64,000 bases of DNA from Mobula hypostoma. Lineage: Eukaryota. The stretch covers positions 223,946,001-224,010,000 of the forward strand of contig NC_086097.1 in NCBI RefSeq assembly GCF_963921235.1, read 5' to 3'. Each line of letters opens with the position of its first letter. Position 1 is the first letter of the stretch. Positions 1-12,299 of this stretch are shown here, piece by piece. Both the position numbers and the translations under genes were made by a program. The notes under the pieces were generated by a model. It was given only the letters and a program-made list of their open reading frames with translations, ran no database searches and was not told where the DNA came from.

Positions 1-318
1 GTTTCCTGTAGTGGGAGAATCTAAGACCAGATGACACAGCTTCAGAATAGAGGGGCGCCCTTTTAGAACAGAGATGAAGAGAAATTTCTTTAGCCAGAGA
101 GTGGGGAAATTGTGTGGAATTCTTTGCCACAGGCAGCTGTGGAGGCCAAGCCTGTATGTATATTTAAGGCAGAGGTTGATAGATTCTTGACTGGTCAGGG
201 CATGAAGGGATACAAGGAGAAGGCAGGAGATTGGGGCTGAGAGGAAAATTGGATCAGCCAGGATGAAATGCCAGAGCAGACTTGATAGGCCAAATGGCCT
301 CCTATGTCTTAATGATCT
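1..318 (+). mobile_element. CR1-type LINE 3' end fragment
   Basis: RT C-terminal remnant (FPVVGESKTR...RNFFSQRV) plus the typical CR1 3'UTR (gggccaaatggcct...ctatgtcttat). Confidence 0.85.
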
Positions 319-1270
319 GTGGAAGGAGTCCAGGCATATGCAATTCAGCTCAGTGTTCATTATCTGCCGGCTGCCTTGATTCAAAATCACGCCAGCTAGC
401 AACAAAAAAAGGAGTGAGTAGAAACCAGAAACACATCATAGCGTGAACTAGAGTCCAACCCAGAAACGGTGTTGATTTAGCCTTGCTCAAGAACAAGGAT
501 GACAGCACCATCCTCCGACAGCATTGAAGGAGAGAGGGACCGTCACATAAAGACACCTTCCACCAGCAGCAGCGAGTGACAGGCTGGTCGATGGCACTGA
601 ACACCCGCTTGCGTCCAACACTAACCTTGGTGATTTCAATCTTCCTTGGCGCGTGAATCGGCGAGATTGATGAGAAATAAAGCCGATGATCAGCTCGCAT
701 CCCATCTCCAGATTTCCTGGCCTCGAGGCCACGCACTTCACACAAAATCTCAGAGACAGCAAAAATCCAGCTCGCTCAATTGACCCGAAAACACACCACC
801 AAGATGCAGATCACAGGCTCCAACAGCAGCAGAACCACATTTGAAAGACGTAAAAAAGTGGAAGAAGTAGTTTCGTGAACCGTCTGGAGGCTGTTGCTAT
901 ATTGTTTGCTGGAAGAGCTCTCTTCCCTGTGTTCGTCATAATACAGAGAACGAGCAGCAGCAAGTTGAGAAAGAGAAGAGAGAGAAGGGTTCTCATCCAC
1001 AGACCCTATCAATGAAAGTGTGGCCCAGGAACAGATTTCCTTTGCGCACCTCGGCAAGATGAAAAGTGCAAGATTATTGTTTTACTCAGGAGATGTTGAT
1101 GGGGAATTGCTACAAGATGCAACCACCAAGCAGGGCAGTGAAACTCATGCTGGCCATCGTAACTGGACTCACCAGGGTGGTGCAATGGAAACCTGCACAA
1201 TTCCTCCATTTCCAGCACACCACTGCAATAGGGAGTTGACAGCAAAATCACACAGTTCTCCAGCTGGGAT

Positions 1271-1577
1271 TCAGAATCAGAATCAGAATATCAATCAGGT
1301 TTAATGTCATTGGCATAAGTCATGAAGTATGTTGTTCTGTGGCAGCACTACATTGCAACACATAAAAAACATAAATTACATTAAGATATAGATATACACA
1401 TATATATATATATATATATATAGATATACATAAACATACACACACATACACACACACACACACATACACACACACAACACACACACATACACATACACAC
1501 ACTCATACACATATACACACACACGTACACACACATGCACACACACACACACACACAGACACACACATACACACACG

Positions 1578-1616
<39 letters not shown>

Positions 1617-1633
1617 ACACACATACACATACT

Positions 1634-1672
<39 letters not shown>

Positions 1673-1865
1673 ATACACACACACACACACATACACACAC
1701 ACTCATACACACACACACAGACACACACACATACACATACACACACTCATACACATACACACACATACACACACACAGACACACACACATACACATACAC
1801 ACACTCATACACACACACACATACACACACACACACATACACACTCATACACTCATACACATACA

Positions 1866-1913
<48 letters not shown>

Positions 1914-2900
1914 AAATTAAATGAGTAGTGCAAAAAGAGACCAAAAAAAAGAGAAAACAAAGAAGTGAGATCATGTTCATGGGTTCATTGTCCATTCAGA
2001 AATCTGATGGTGGTGGGAAAGTAGCTGATTCTAAAACATCAAGTGCGTGTCTGCAGGCTCCTGAACCTCTTCCTTGATGGTAGCAATGAGAAGAGGGCAT
2101 GGCCTGGGTGATGGGAGTCCCTAATGACAGACACCGCCTTTTTGAGGCACCACCTTTCGAAGACGATGCTAGGGAGGCTTTTTCTGATTGTGTGCAGTGG
2201 TCCCTCCGTTCCAAATGGTGAGGCAACTAGTTAGAGTCTCTTCACGGTACGTCTGTAGAAATCTGTGAGAGTCTTTGGTGACATACCGAGCCTACTCGAA
2301 CTCCTGTTGAAATATCGCCACTGTCCTGCCTTCTTTGTAATTGCATCAATACGTTGGGCCCAGGATCGTTCTTCAGAGATGTTGACTCCCAGGAACTTGA
2401 ACCCTTCCACTTCGGATCCCTCAATGAGGATTGGTGTCTGTTCCCTCGACATCTCCTTCCTGAAGTCCACAATCAATCCCTTGGAAGTGCAAGGTTTCGA
2501 CATCATTCAACCAGCTGATCTATCTCACTCCTGTACACTTCTTCGTCACCAGCTGAAATTCTGCCAATAATAGCTGTGTTATCAGCAAATTTCTAGATAC
2601 TGTTTTGAGTTGTATGTGTAGGGAGAGTAGAGCAATTGGCTGAGCATGCATCCTTTAGGTGCACCAGTGTTGACTGTCAGCTAGGAGGAGATGTAATTTC
2701 CATTGACTGACTGGTTTCCCGAAGAAGTCAATGATTTAGTTGCAGAGGAAGATGCAGAGGCCTATGTTTTGGAGTTTGTTGGTTAGTTCTGAGATGTTGA
2801 ATACTGAGCTGTAATCAATAAACAGCAGCCTGATGAGGGAATTGCTGCTGTTCGGGTGACCCAGGCCAAGTGGAGAGCCAGAAAGACTCCATCCACTGTA
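1271..2900 (-). mobile_element. Rex1/Babar LINE 3' fragment with microsatellite-expanded 3'UTR
   Basis: ORF 2231-2506 reads LIVDFRK...FKFLGVNISE.RSW..RIDAITKKA.Q, and there is a (GATTCT)n tail at about 1271. Confidence 0.85.
1386..1910. repeat. Compound (TA)n/(CA)n microsatellite, about 520 bp
   Basis: Visible directly in the sequence. It explains the HT- and CV-repeat ORFs. Confidence 0.97.
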
Positions 2901-3004
2901 GATCTATTTCCAGATCTGCAGGGTACGATTGAATGCATGCATACTGTGTTAAGTTTGAGTGTGAGAAAGATAGGTTCTCCCAATGAGAATGAGGGAGTGA
3001 GTCA

Positions 3005-3092
3005 GTCTCTCTCTCTCTCTCTCTTTCTCCTTCCCTCCCTCCCTCTCTCTCCCTCTTTCTCCCTCCCTCCCCTCCTCCTCCTCCTCCTCCTC
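3005..3092. repeat. (TC)n/(CCT)n polypyrimidine simple repeat
   Basis: Visible directly in the sequence. Confidence 0.9.
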
Positions 3093-3419
3093 AAGTTGAA
3101 CTTCCTGAGACATTCTGCGATCATAAAATATTCTATTTCCTGAATGCCCAGCAAGGACATCATCATCACTGCCCATCATCCTGGTAGCAGACAGATGCTG
3201 CACAGGGTAACCACAATCTCTCTAAAGCAGCAGATGATATCTAATATTTATAATCCATTGATAGATTGATTTCTAGAATGTACGATACTTTGGAAGCTCT
3301 CCTAAATATTCTAGAGCCAACAATCTGGGCTGGCCGACAAAAGTATCAACTTCCGCTGAAGCAGGATTCACCAAGGTCAGACTGTTTGTGCTAAAATGGA
3401 ATATGGACCATTAGATGCG

Positions 3420-4257
3420 CATAGCGGTTGGGTCCACAGGACTTAAAGTGGAGCTATCTACACTTTTATGTTCAGGAGGAAGGGCTTGTGCTCCACATTT
3501 AGCCATGCGTAAGACTGGAGATGGATGTCCTGCCTTGACATTGCAGTTGATTTTTGGCAAGTCTGTCTAAGCATTTTACCGTGCATGCTTGTTGGCTTTT
3601 GCCTGTGGACAGACTCACTGATCTCCCCAGGAGATCTCTGTCGACATTGTGCAACCTTACCCTCTTGGGAGCTAGGAACCAAAATGCATTTCTTTGTATG
3701 TCTTCCGCTGGTGATTCACCATCTGCAAGTTAAAACCCATAGCATAACCTCCACAGTGCAGCTGCAGGCATCAGTCCTAGTTGCATTTATCACTTTCTTC
3801 CTGTGAAGTCAATGCTCTAGGCCGGCTGGGATGTCTTGGATCTTTCTAATAAACTTTATATTGGCTATTCTAATTGTAGCCAAGACTACATACGTCTGAG
3901 AAGTTGTCTGTCGGCTTTTGGGTCTCTGCTGCTGCAGGAAGCATTTCATATCTCAGTGAGTTGTATGCAGTCTCTTCGATCATTGAACTCTGTGGGTGCA
4001 ATTTGAAAGACGAAGGTGTGAGACTTGGAGTAGCAAGAATGAGATGGGATAAATAAATGTAGGTTTGAGGAGAGAGACTGCTTTTGTTGTGACTTATGGT
4101 GTGGTAATGGGAATGGGATTTGAGAATGCATTCCCGAGATCTTGATCACACATCAAGTTATTGAATGCTTTCCTGAAAGTCTTTATGGTTTGATTCCTCT
4201 AACTGACTGAATAGTGTATTTTTGATTGACTAGATTACTCCTCCAAATTATCAAGGC
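3420..4257 (-). pseudogene. Candidate next junctophilin exon (exon-4 position): short terminal exon or decayed coding exon
   Basis: Acceptor attttctttgTAG | GC CTT GAT AAT TTG GAG GAG TAA. The phase is compatible with the upstream exon and gives (G)LDNLEE*, compared with GPDYVKQ in JPH1. About 800 bp of apparently non-repetitive sequence follows, with a Ser/Pro-rich, stop-interrupted frame. The 3' boundary is approximate. Confidence 0.4.
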
Positions 4258-4779
4258 CTACAAAGAAAATCTGTATGGTTGATGTCAGGCATGTTAACAC
4301 TTGGCTAGCTCTGAGGTTCAATGAAAGATTTTCACCACCTGTTTCTGTAACAAAGGTCCTCTAATTTAAGGTGTACAAATCCACTTTAATCACCCCCAGC
4401 TTGTTTGAACAGGTGTTCACTAGTTAAGAACTGAGGTGGTGTTCCAAGGCCAGCAACAATACAGTTAGCTCTGGCTGATTGCTGAAACCAGGGTATTAAA
4501 CTTACAGCAAGTACTCTTTCCAAAACTGACAGTAAATCAACTGGCATGAGTTACTCCCAAAGCATGGTCTATGTAATTTATCTCCCTTATCCCATTTACA
4601 TGTTGATAGCAGCCTTCATAACCTCAATATGCTCCAAAGTGGTCAGGCAATGGAATTACTTCTTGAAGATGTTCTATTGCGGTAACGTAGAAAAGATAGC
4701 AACAAAGTTACCCACTTTATGAGTACGTGAACACCAATATGATGAAGATCAGATAATTTAATTATTTGGTGCACTCTAT

Positions 4780-5055
4780 GTGGCCTCCTCCAATTCGGTG
4801 AGATCTGATGTAGATTAGGGGATCGCTTTGTTAAGCAACTTTACTCCATCGCAACAAGTAGACAGCGGCCGACCATTTTAATTCCAATCCCCATTCGCAA
4901 ACCGACATGTTGGCCCACAGCCTCTTCTACTGCCACAAAGAGGGTCTCGGCCCAAAACGTCAGCTCTTTATTCCTTTCCTGACCTGCTGAGTTCCCCCAC
5001 CATTTTGTGTGAATTACTTTGGATTTCCAGCTTCTGCAGAATCTCTTGTGTTTGT
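4780..5055 (+). mobile_element. Penelope-like element remnant (GIY-YIG fragment plus partial terminal repeat)
   Basis: Degenerate xGE..RLGDRFV..L and ADHFNS..HS..DM peptides, followed by agggtctcggcccaaaacgtc and the gacctgctgagttcc tail shared with other copies. Confidence 0.7.
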
Positions 5056-5269
5056 AGTTGATTTAGTGCTATTTCTTCAGGAACAAATATTGGTCAGGAT
5101 GCCAGAGAATCATTTGCTATTACTGAAAAGAGTCAAGGGATTATATTCACCCAGGAGGACAAACGAAGCTTCAGTCTCACATCTTACCTGACAGGTGCTG
5201 GTTGCCAGCAGAGCAGCAGTCACTGAAGAATGGTTTGTCCACTTAGAACCTTGAATCATCTCCACCATT

Positions 5270-5810
5270 CAGTGAGCTCCCAGTACCTATAAAGTGCATG
5301 TGACTCTAACAGCCTCTGACAACCAAGTCCAACTCTTGGCCTTCATGTGTGGCTTAGCTACTAGGCCTGACCGAACCATTTCTACTGACAAGAGAAGGGG
5401 CAAAGGCGGACCACTGGCACCTCAAAACCAGTCGCTTCGGGCAGGTGGGGCTCGTCAGCCTTGGATGGCAGCCCACCTAGGAGAAGGGAAACTCTGATTT
5501 TAAACCTCTGCTGCCTTGCGGCCATACCCACCCATGGGAAAGGCTTTGGGAGTAAACCCCAGGAAGAAATCTGGAGCCAGGATCCCTTAGGCAGTATGAT
5601 GTAGTTTACAACTTCACTCTGGCAACCTCTGCGATGACACTGGTGCCAAGCTGTATTGGCGGACTACATCAGTGACGTTGAGAGGGGGAACCCGCTGCAT
5701 GGGCAATAGCCGGTTCTTCAAATCTTCCCACCCAGGGTTGCACCCTGGAGAGGACACAGTCCACCAGAGGAGCAAACCCAAGATCCCCTGGGATCAACGG
5801 CTGCCTTCTA
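5270..5810 (+). mobile_element. RTE-related non-autonomous SINE-like element
   Basis: Homologous to 19915-21075. Contains the ggcagcccacctaggagaagggaaactc motif that I recall from RTE 5' regions. Confidence 0.65.
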
Positions 5811-6023
5811 CCCCTGCCCTCAATACCACAGTGTCACCGTTGATTTTGAACTGACATCTCTCAGGTTTGACCCCAAACCACAACCTCTCACCGCAGAGGT
5901 CAAATTCTGTGCCTGTCACCAAAACTAAAGTCAATAATCTGAATTCTTGGTTTCACAGTACACCATCCAAGCAACTTTGTGAAAATACAATACAAAGATA
6001 ATACTTTAACAATGACCATTTAC

Positions 6024-6533
6024 CAATGACCAATGATATTATGTCCTGTTTAGACCTTGAAAAGATTCATTATTCACTTCTTAATTTGGACATTAAATTT
6101 CATAAGGTGTGGGGACCTTTTCTTGAATACTTTCATAACTCCTCTTTAGGTTAAGTTTTTTTGGTGCTACAATTCCTTACTTTCAGCTTTTTTTTCTGTA
6201 AGTTTTACAGTCTTTTGTTGTGAATTACATTATAGTTTTGGTAGTCGGCATTATATTTTCTTTTCTCCTATATATATTTACAGCTTTGTGGGGTCGAATG
6301 CTCCGATTAATTTTTTTTTCTTTTATACACAGAAAGGGTTGGCCTGGGGTTTTTTTAAGTGGGAGGTTGGGGTGGATACTAATCTGTCATGATTTTACTT
6401 TGGGTGCTTTTTTAAATTGTTATGAATTATATATTGGACATGTTTGTTTTGCACTGTATAAATCTCCATTTTGTTGATGGGTTCTTTTTTCTGTAGCTAT
6501 ATTGTAGAAATGCATAAAAAATTAATTTTTAAA
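6024..6533 (+). mobile_element. 5'-truncated L1/Tx1-type LINE with 13-bp TSD
   Basis: Encodes an ORF2 C-terminus MSCLDLEKIHYSLLNLDIKFHKVWGPFLEYF, followed by a T-rich 3'UTR and an A-rich tail. TSD aatgaccatttac at 6011-6023 and 6534-6546. Confidence 0.8.
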
Positions 6534-6854
6534 AATGACCATTTACTAAAACTAACAGGTGTGGGGTTGCAAATGGAAACAATCCATCATGGTGACCAAC
6601 TGCACTCAGTTGTTCCTGATGTTTATTAACTCCAAGTATCACATGCTGGGAACTTGCCTAAGTTGGAACTTTCAAATCAAAACACTCAGACAACTCTTTG
6701 GGACTGAGCTGAAGGGTTGGGATTTAGTTGTAGTAGAATTATACCAAAATGAATGCAGGGAGAACAATTTTGTTATTGTGGTTCCATATAAAAACAAGGC
6801 AGAATGTTGCATACCAAATTCAGTTGGACAGTGAAAACAGGTATCTAGAGTCAG

Positions 6855-7200
6855 GGTCATAGAGCACTACAGCACGGAATCAGGCCCTCAGAGACAACCT
6901 GTTATTCTGCCTACACCCATTGACCTGCATCTAGACCATAGCTCTCCATACCCCTCCAACCATGTACATTACCAAGCTTCTCCTAATGTTGACTTCAAAC
7001 CTGCATCCAACACTTCCATTGGCAGCTAGCTCCACACTCTCACCACCATCTGCGTGAAGAAGTTCCCCCTCATGTTCTCCCTTAAGATTTCACCTTTCAT
7101 CGTGAACCCATGAGCTCTAGTTCTATTCTCACCCAAGCTCAGCGGGGGGGAAAAAAGCCTGCTTGCATTCACCTTGCCTGTAACCCCTCATAATTTAGCA
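6855..7200 (-). mobile_element. CR1 LINE 3' end fragment
   Basis: Reverse complement of CR1 RT C-terminus and 3'UTR (tgaagaagttcccc, catagagcactacagcacgg). Confidence 0.8.
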
Positions 7201-7249
7201 TATTTTCTATAATTAGATTAAATGCATTATACTTAAGTGGACTATCCAC

Positions 7250-9885
7250 ATGAGGAGGTGATAGACAGGAGCTACAGGGAGGTAGTCAACCCTAAGTTAG
7301 AGGGGACAGGTAACTGTGTGACTGTCAGGAGAAGGAGGGGATATGCACAACCAGTGCAGAATTTACCTGTGGCCATTCCCCTCAATGATAACTTTAGATA
7401 CTGCTGAGGGGGGACAACCTACCCAGGGGAGCCAGTGATTGGGTCTCTGGCATTGAGTCTGGTGCTGTGGCTCAGAAGAGCAGAGAGGTGAAGAGGACTG
7501 CAGTGTTGATTAGAGATTCTTTAGTCAGAGCAACAGAGACGAGGTTCTGTGCATGCAATAGAGACACCTGGGACTTCCTGGTGCCAGGATCAGGAATGTT
7601 TCGGACCGTGTCCATGGCATTCCGAAGCGCAGAGGGAGCAGCCAGAAGTCTTGGTACCTATTGGCACCAATGACATAGGTAGGAAAGGTAAGGAGGTCCT
7701 GAAGAGAGATTTTAGGGAGCTAGGTAGAAAACCGAGAAAGAGGACCTCTGGATTGCTGCCTCTGCCACGTGCCAGTGAAGGTAGGCAAAGGACGATTTGG
7801 CAGTTGCATGCATGGTCGAGGAACTGGTGCAGTGGGCAGGGGTTCAGATTTAAGGATCATTGGGATCTCTTCAAGGGAAAGTATGGCCTATACAAAGGGA
7901 CGGGTTCCACCTGAACCTGAGGGGGTCCAATATCCTTGTGGGCAGTTTGGCTAGAGTTTTGGTGAGGTTAAACTAACTTGGCAGGGGACAGGAACTGGAG
8001 TGATAGTGCTGAAGATGAGGTAGTTGGTATACAAACGTAGGCAATATGTTGTGAGACTCCTAGCAAGGAGAGGCTGATGACAGGGCAAAATTGCACTCAA
8101 CGGGATGAGTTGCAATGTAAAAGGCGAACACAACTGAAAAGGGCGAATATAGGCTAAAGGTGTTATATTTGAATTTGTGCAGTATACGGAATAAAGTCGA
8201 TGAAGTTCTAGCACAGTTGTAGATTGGCAAATATGAGGTGGGCATCACCGAATCATGGCTGAAAGATTATAGCTGGGAATTTAATGTCCAGGGATACACA
8301 TTGTATCGAAAAGATAGGCAGGAAGGCAAAGGGGATGGTATGGGTCTGTTGGTAAAAAATTCAAATTAAATCATTAGAAAGAGGTGACATAGGGTTGGAA
8401 GGTGTTGGATCATTGTGGATAGAGCTAACGAACTGTAAGGTTAAAAAGACTCCGAAGGGAGTTAGATACAGTAGTGAGGATGTTGTCTACAAATTACAAC
8501 AGAAGATAGAAAATACATGCCAAAAGGGCAATGTTACAATAATCACAGGGGATTCCAATATGCAGGTAGATTGGGAAAATCAGGTTGGTGCGGGATTCCA
8601 AGAGGGGGAGTTTATTGAATGTCTACAAGAGGGTCTTTTGGAGCAGCTCGTGATTGGGCCCACTAGGGGATCAGTTATTCTAGATTCGGTATTGTGCAAT
8701 GAACTGGAATTGATTAGAGAGCTTAAGGTAAAAGAACCCTTAGGAGAAAGTGATCATAATATGATCGAATCCACCCTGAAATTTGAGAAGGAGAAGCTAA
8801 AGTCAGATGTAACAGTATTACAATGGAGTAATGAGAATTACAGAGGCATGAGAGAGGAGTTGGCCAGAGTTGATTGGAAAAGAACACTGGCAGGGATGAC
8901 AGCAAAACAGCAATGGCTGGAATTTCTGGAAGCAATTTGGAAGGCACAGGGTATATACATCCCAAAGAGGAAGAAATATTCTAAAGGCAAGATAACACAA
9001 CCATGGCTAAGAAGAGAAGTCAAAGCCAACATAAAAAGCCAAAGAGAGGGCATATAATAAAGTAAAAATTAGTTGGAAGTTAGAGGACTGGGAAGCTTTT
9101 AAATACCAACAGAAGGCAACTAAAAAGACCTTGAGAAGGTAAAGATGGAATATGAAAGTAAGCAAGCCAATAATATGAAAGAGAATACCAAAAGTCTCTT
9201 CAGATAAATAAAGTGTAAAAACAGAGGCGAGAGTGGATATTGGCCACTGGAAAATGACGTTGGAGAGGCAGTAATGGGGGACAAGGAAATGGCAGATGAG
9301 CTGAATAAGTGTTTTGCATCAGTCTTCACTATGGAAGATACTAGCAGTATGCTGGAAGTTCCAGGTGTCAGAGGTCATGAAGTCTGTGAAGTTACCATAC
9401 TAGGGAGAAGTTTGTCGGGAAACTGAAATGTCTGAAGGTAGATCAGTCACTTGGGCCAGATAGTTCTGGAGAGTTCTGAAAGATATGGCTGAAGAGATTG
9501 TGGAGGCATCATTAATAATCTTTCAAGAATCACTAGATTCTGGAATGGTTCTGGAAGACCAGAAGACTGGAAAACTGCAAATGTTACTCCACTGTTCAAG
9601 AAGGAAGGAAATTATAGGTCAGTTAGTCTGACCTCAGTGGGTGGTTGGGAAGATGTTAATGTCAATTGTTAAGCATTAGATTCTTTTTTTATGCACTACA
9701 TACTTTTTGTTAAGGATGTTTTCTTGGGGTACTTGGAGACACATGGTAAAATAGGCTGTAGTCAGCAGAGAAGGCAGGAGATTGGGGCTGAGAGGAAAAA
9801 TTAATTGGCCATGATGAAATGGCAGAGCAGACTCCATGGGCCAAATGGCCTAATACTGCTCCCATATCTTAAGGCCTCGTGGTAT
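7250..9885 (+). mobile_element. CR1 LINE: degenerate ORF1 (SGNH/GDSL esterase) and ORF2 (APE endonuclease, RT start), internally deleted, with 3'UTR
   Basis: ORF1 motifs VLIRDSLVR (GDS-like) and IGTNDIGR. ORF2 8395-9057 contains ITGDSN, PTRG..ILD and LGESDHN. The RT remnant EDW..ANVTPLFKK is followed directly by a 3'UTR at about 9770-9885. Confidence 0.9.
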
Positions 9886-10636
9886 TGAACCGGAATAACA
9901 ACGGAGCTTTTTTTAATGCACTTAGCAACATTTCAGCTCATCACTTGTCCTGAAAGAATTAAAAGGTTTGTGCAGTTTGCTGACTCTGCAACTGAAGTGC
10001 ATTTGTTACCATTTCTCTGGTACTTCTCTACACCAATTGTACAGTACCTGCTGATCAAATATAGTGGAATTCATTGTTCTGGGTAGCTTGTACTCTTTTC
10101 TGCTGAAGTGATGCATATGTTTTTATATCTTGGATTGCACTTAATTTGCTGCTGATTTTGCAGAGTATGACTGCTTGATTTATAAAATGGATTTACAATA
10201 CTCAGTGGTTTGTTGACCCGCTGTACAGATATTTGTGCCAAATGGTATTCAGTAATCAAATGAACTCACTAACCACTGAAACCATATATATCAATTCTGT
10301 AATAATGTGAAGTTACTTGAGTCATATATTCCCACTTTGTATTGTTTTCCTATTTAAATTGTGAACGAGTTTTATACAGACATTCTGGGAATATTGCTTT
10401 AGCTTGATTCAAAGCCTTGCCCTTTCCACTGAACCTCTGTGCAGAATCAATCAGGAAAAAATTTGGAACACTTTGCTTCTGAACTAAAGAGGTTCTTCTT
10501 AAATAAAGGTGATGTGTGTGGTTTTATATATTAGATTGCAATTTATTTGTGGCTGACCTCGCAGACCATGGCTACTTAATTTATAAAATTAGTTTAGGTA
10601 CCTTGGTCGGTAATTGGCACAACCCTCCCTGCCATC

Positions 10637-11760
10637 AAGCTCAAGTTTATTGTCATCTGACTGTACATATATACAACCAAACAAAACAACGTTCCTCCGG
10701 ACCACGCTGCACCCTCACACAGCACATAAATCAAAATATTGCCATAAATAAATGAATAAAATACAAGTCAGAATGCAGCACAGGTAAACAGTAAACAGCT
10801 CGTTGTTCCGAGTGACGAGACCCCGATGTGGCAGGGTATTCATTCGTCTCACAGCCTGAGGGAAGAAGCTTTTACCCAGTCTGGCAATTCTAGCCCTGAT
10901 GCTTTCCCACCTCCTCCCTGATGGTAGTGAGTCAAAGAGAGTGTGGGATAGGTGGTCGGGATCCTCAACAATGCTTCGGGCTGCAATGCTCCCGGTCAAT
11001 GTCGGAAATAGGGAAGAGGGAGACCTCGATGATCCTCTTGGCAGTTTTTACTCTCCTCTGTCGATTCTTGTGGTCCAATGCCTTGCAGCTTCTGTACCGC
11101 AGACTGATGCACACAAACAAAACACTCTCAATGATGTTCCTGTAGGAAGTTGTTAGAATGGAGGCTTCAATCTCCTCAGAAATTCTTGACTAGTGAGGAA
11201 GTGTTGTGGGTCCAGGTTAGATCATCCAGTATGTGCTCACCAAGGAATTTTGTGCTCTTCTCTCTCTCCTCAGACAATGGCCTGGCATATGAGTCATCGT
11301 TTTTCAAGGTGGGTGGGGGGGCAGGCTGGAGTGGATGGCCGAGGCTATAGCATCATCAGTGGATCAGTTTGAGCAGTAGGTGAACGAGAAAGGGTCCACT
11401 GAAGCTGGAAGGTGGGATTTATACGATCCATTACCAGCCGCTCAAAGCACTTCATGATTGTTGAAGTCAGTGCTACTGGGTGGTAATCGTTTAGGCTAGT
11501 TAACGTTACTCTCTTGGGCACCAAAATAATGGTGGCTGTCTTGAAGCCTGCAGGGACAGTGGACTGATTCAGAGAGATGTTCAGGATGTTCACTAAGGTC
11601 TCTGTTAGCTGGCCTGCACTGTCCCTCAGCACTTGACAAGGCCTGTTGCCCAGCCCACAGCTTTGTGTGGATTTACCCCGGCTAGGAGCCTCCTCTCCTC
11701 AGCTGTGGTCGGACAGGGTGCCTGTTCTTTGAGGGAGAGGGGGCTTTCCTCGATGTCACA
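10637..11760 (-). mobile_element. Rex1/Babar LINE fragments
   Basis: ORF 11345-11632 (LNDYHPVALTSTIMKCFERLV) and ORF 10715-10999 (LPSGRR...SFFPQAVR). Confidence 0.85.
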
Positions 11761-12299
11761 ACATTTGGTGTGTCAAATCTCAAAATCTTCTATAAGCGGT
11801 ATTTCAAGCAGGCAACATCCATCTTTGAAGACCCTCACCATGTATGACATGCCCCCTTTGCATTGCTACCATCGGGGAGGAGGTGAAGGAGCATGAAGAC
11901 CCACACTCAATGATTTAGAATTTCTGAATGGTCCATGAACTCATGAACATGACCCGATTATTCATCTTTTGCACTATTTATTTGTGTTGTACCTTACAGT
12001 AGTTTTACACCTTGCACTGGACTGCTGTCACAAACACAAAATTTAACAACTTTTGCCAGTGATAATAAACCTGATTCAGGTTTGAGATAGTTTATCACTG
12101 GAAACAGTGGTAGATAACTGCCTACAGCTCAGTAAGCATATGAATTCTATCCTAATGTCCTTGTCATTGCAAAGTACTCGACAAAAAGTTAAATTAACAA
12201 CAGCAATAACAGGAGAGTAAACCAAAATTCATAAGAGTTGTACAGAATAGTAAAATCCTGCCATGTCTTTGTTAATATGCTTATTGAAACTAATCCCCC

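Noticed and set aside
1320..1995. ORFs rich in CV or HT dipeptides
   Set aside because: They are translations of the (CA)n/(TG)n microsatellite.
7467..7914. GDSL/SGNH esterase-like peptide as a host lipase gene
   Set aside because: It lies directly upstream of CR1 ORF2 and is frameshifted. Esterase domains are a known feature of CR1 ORF1.
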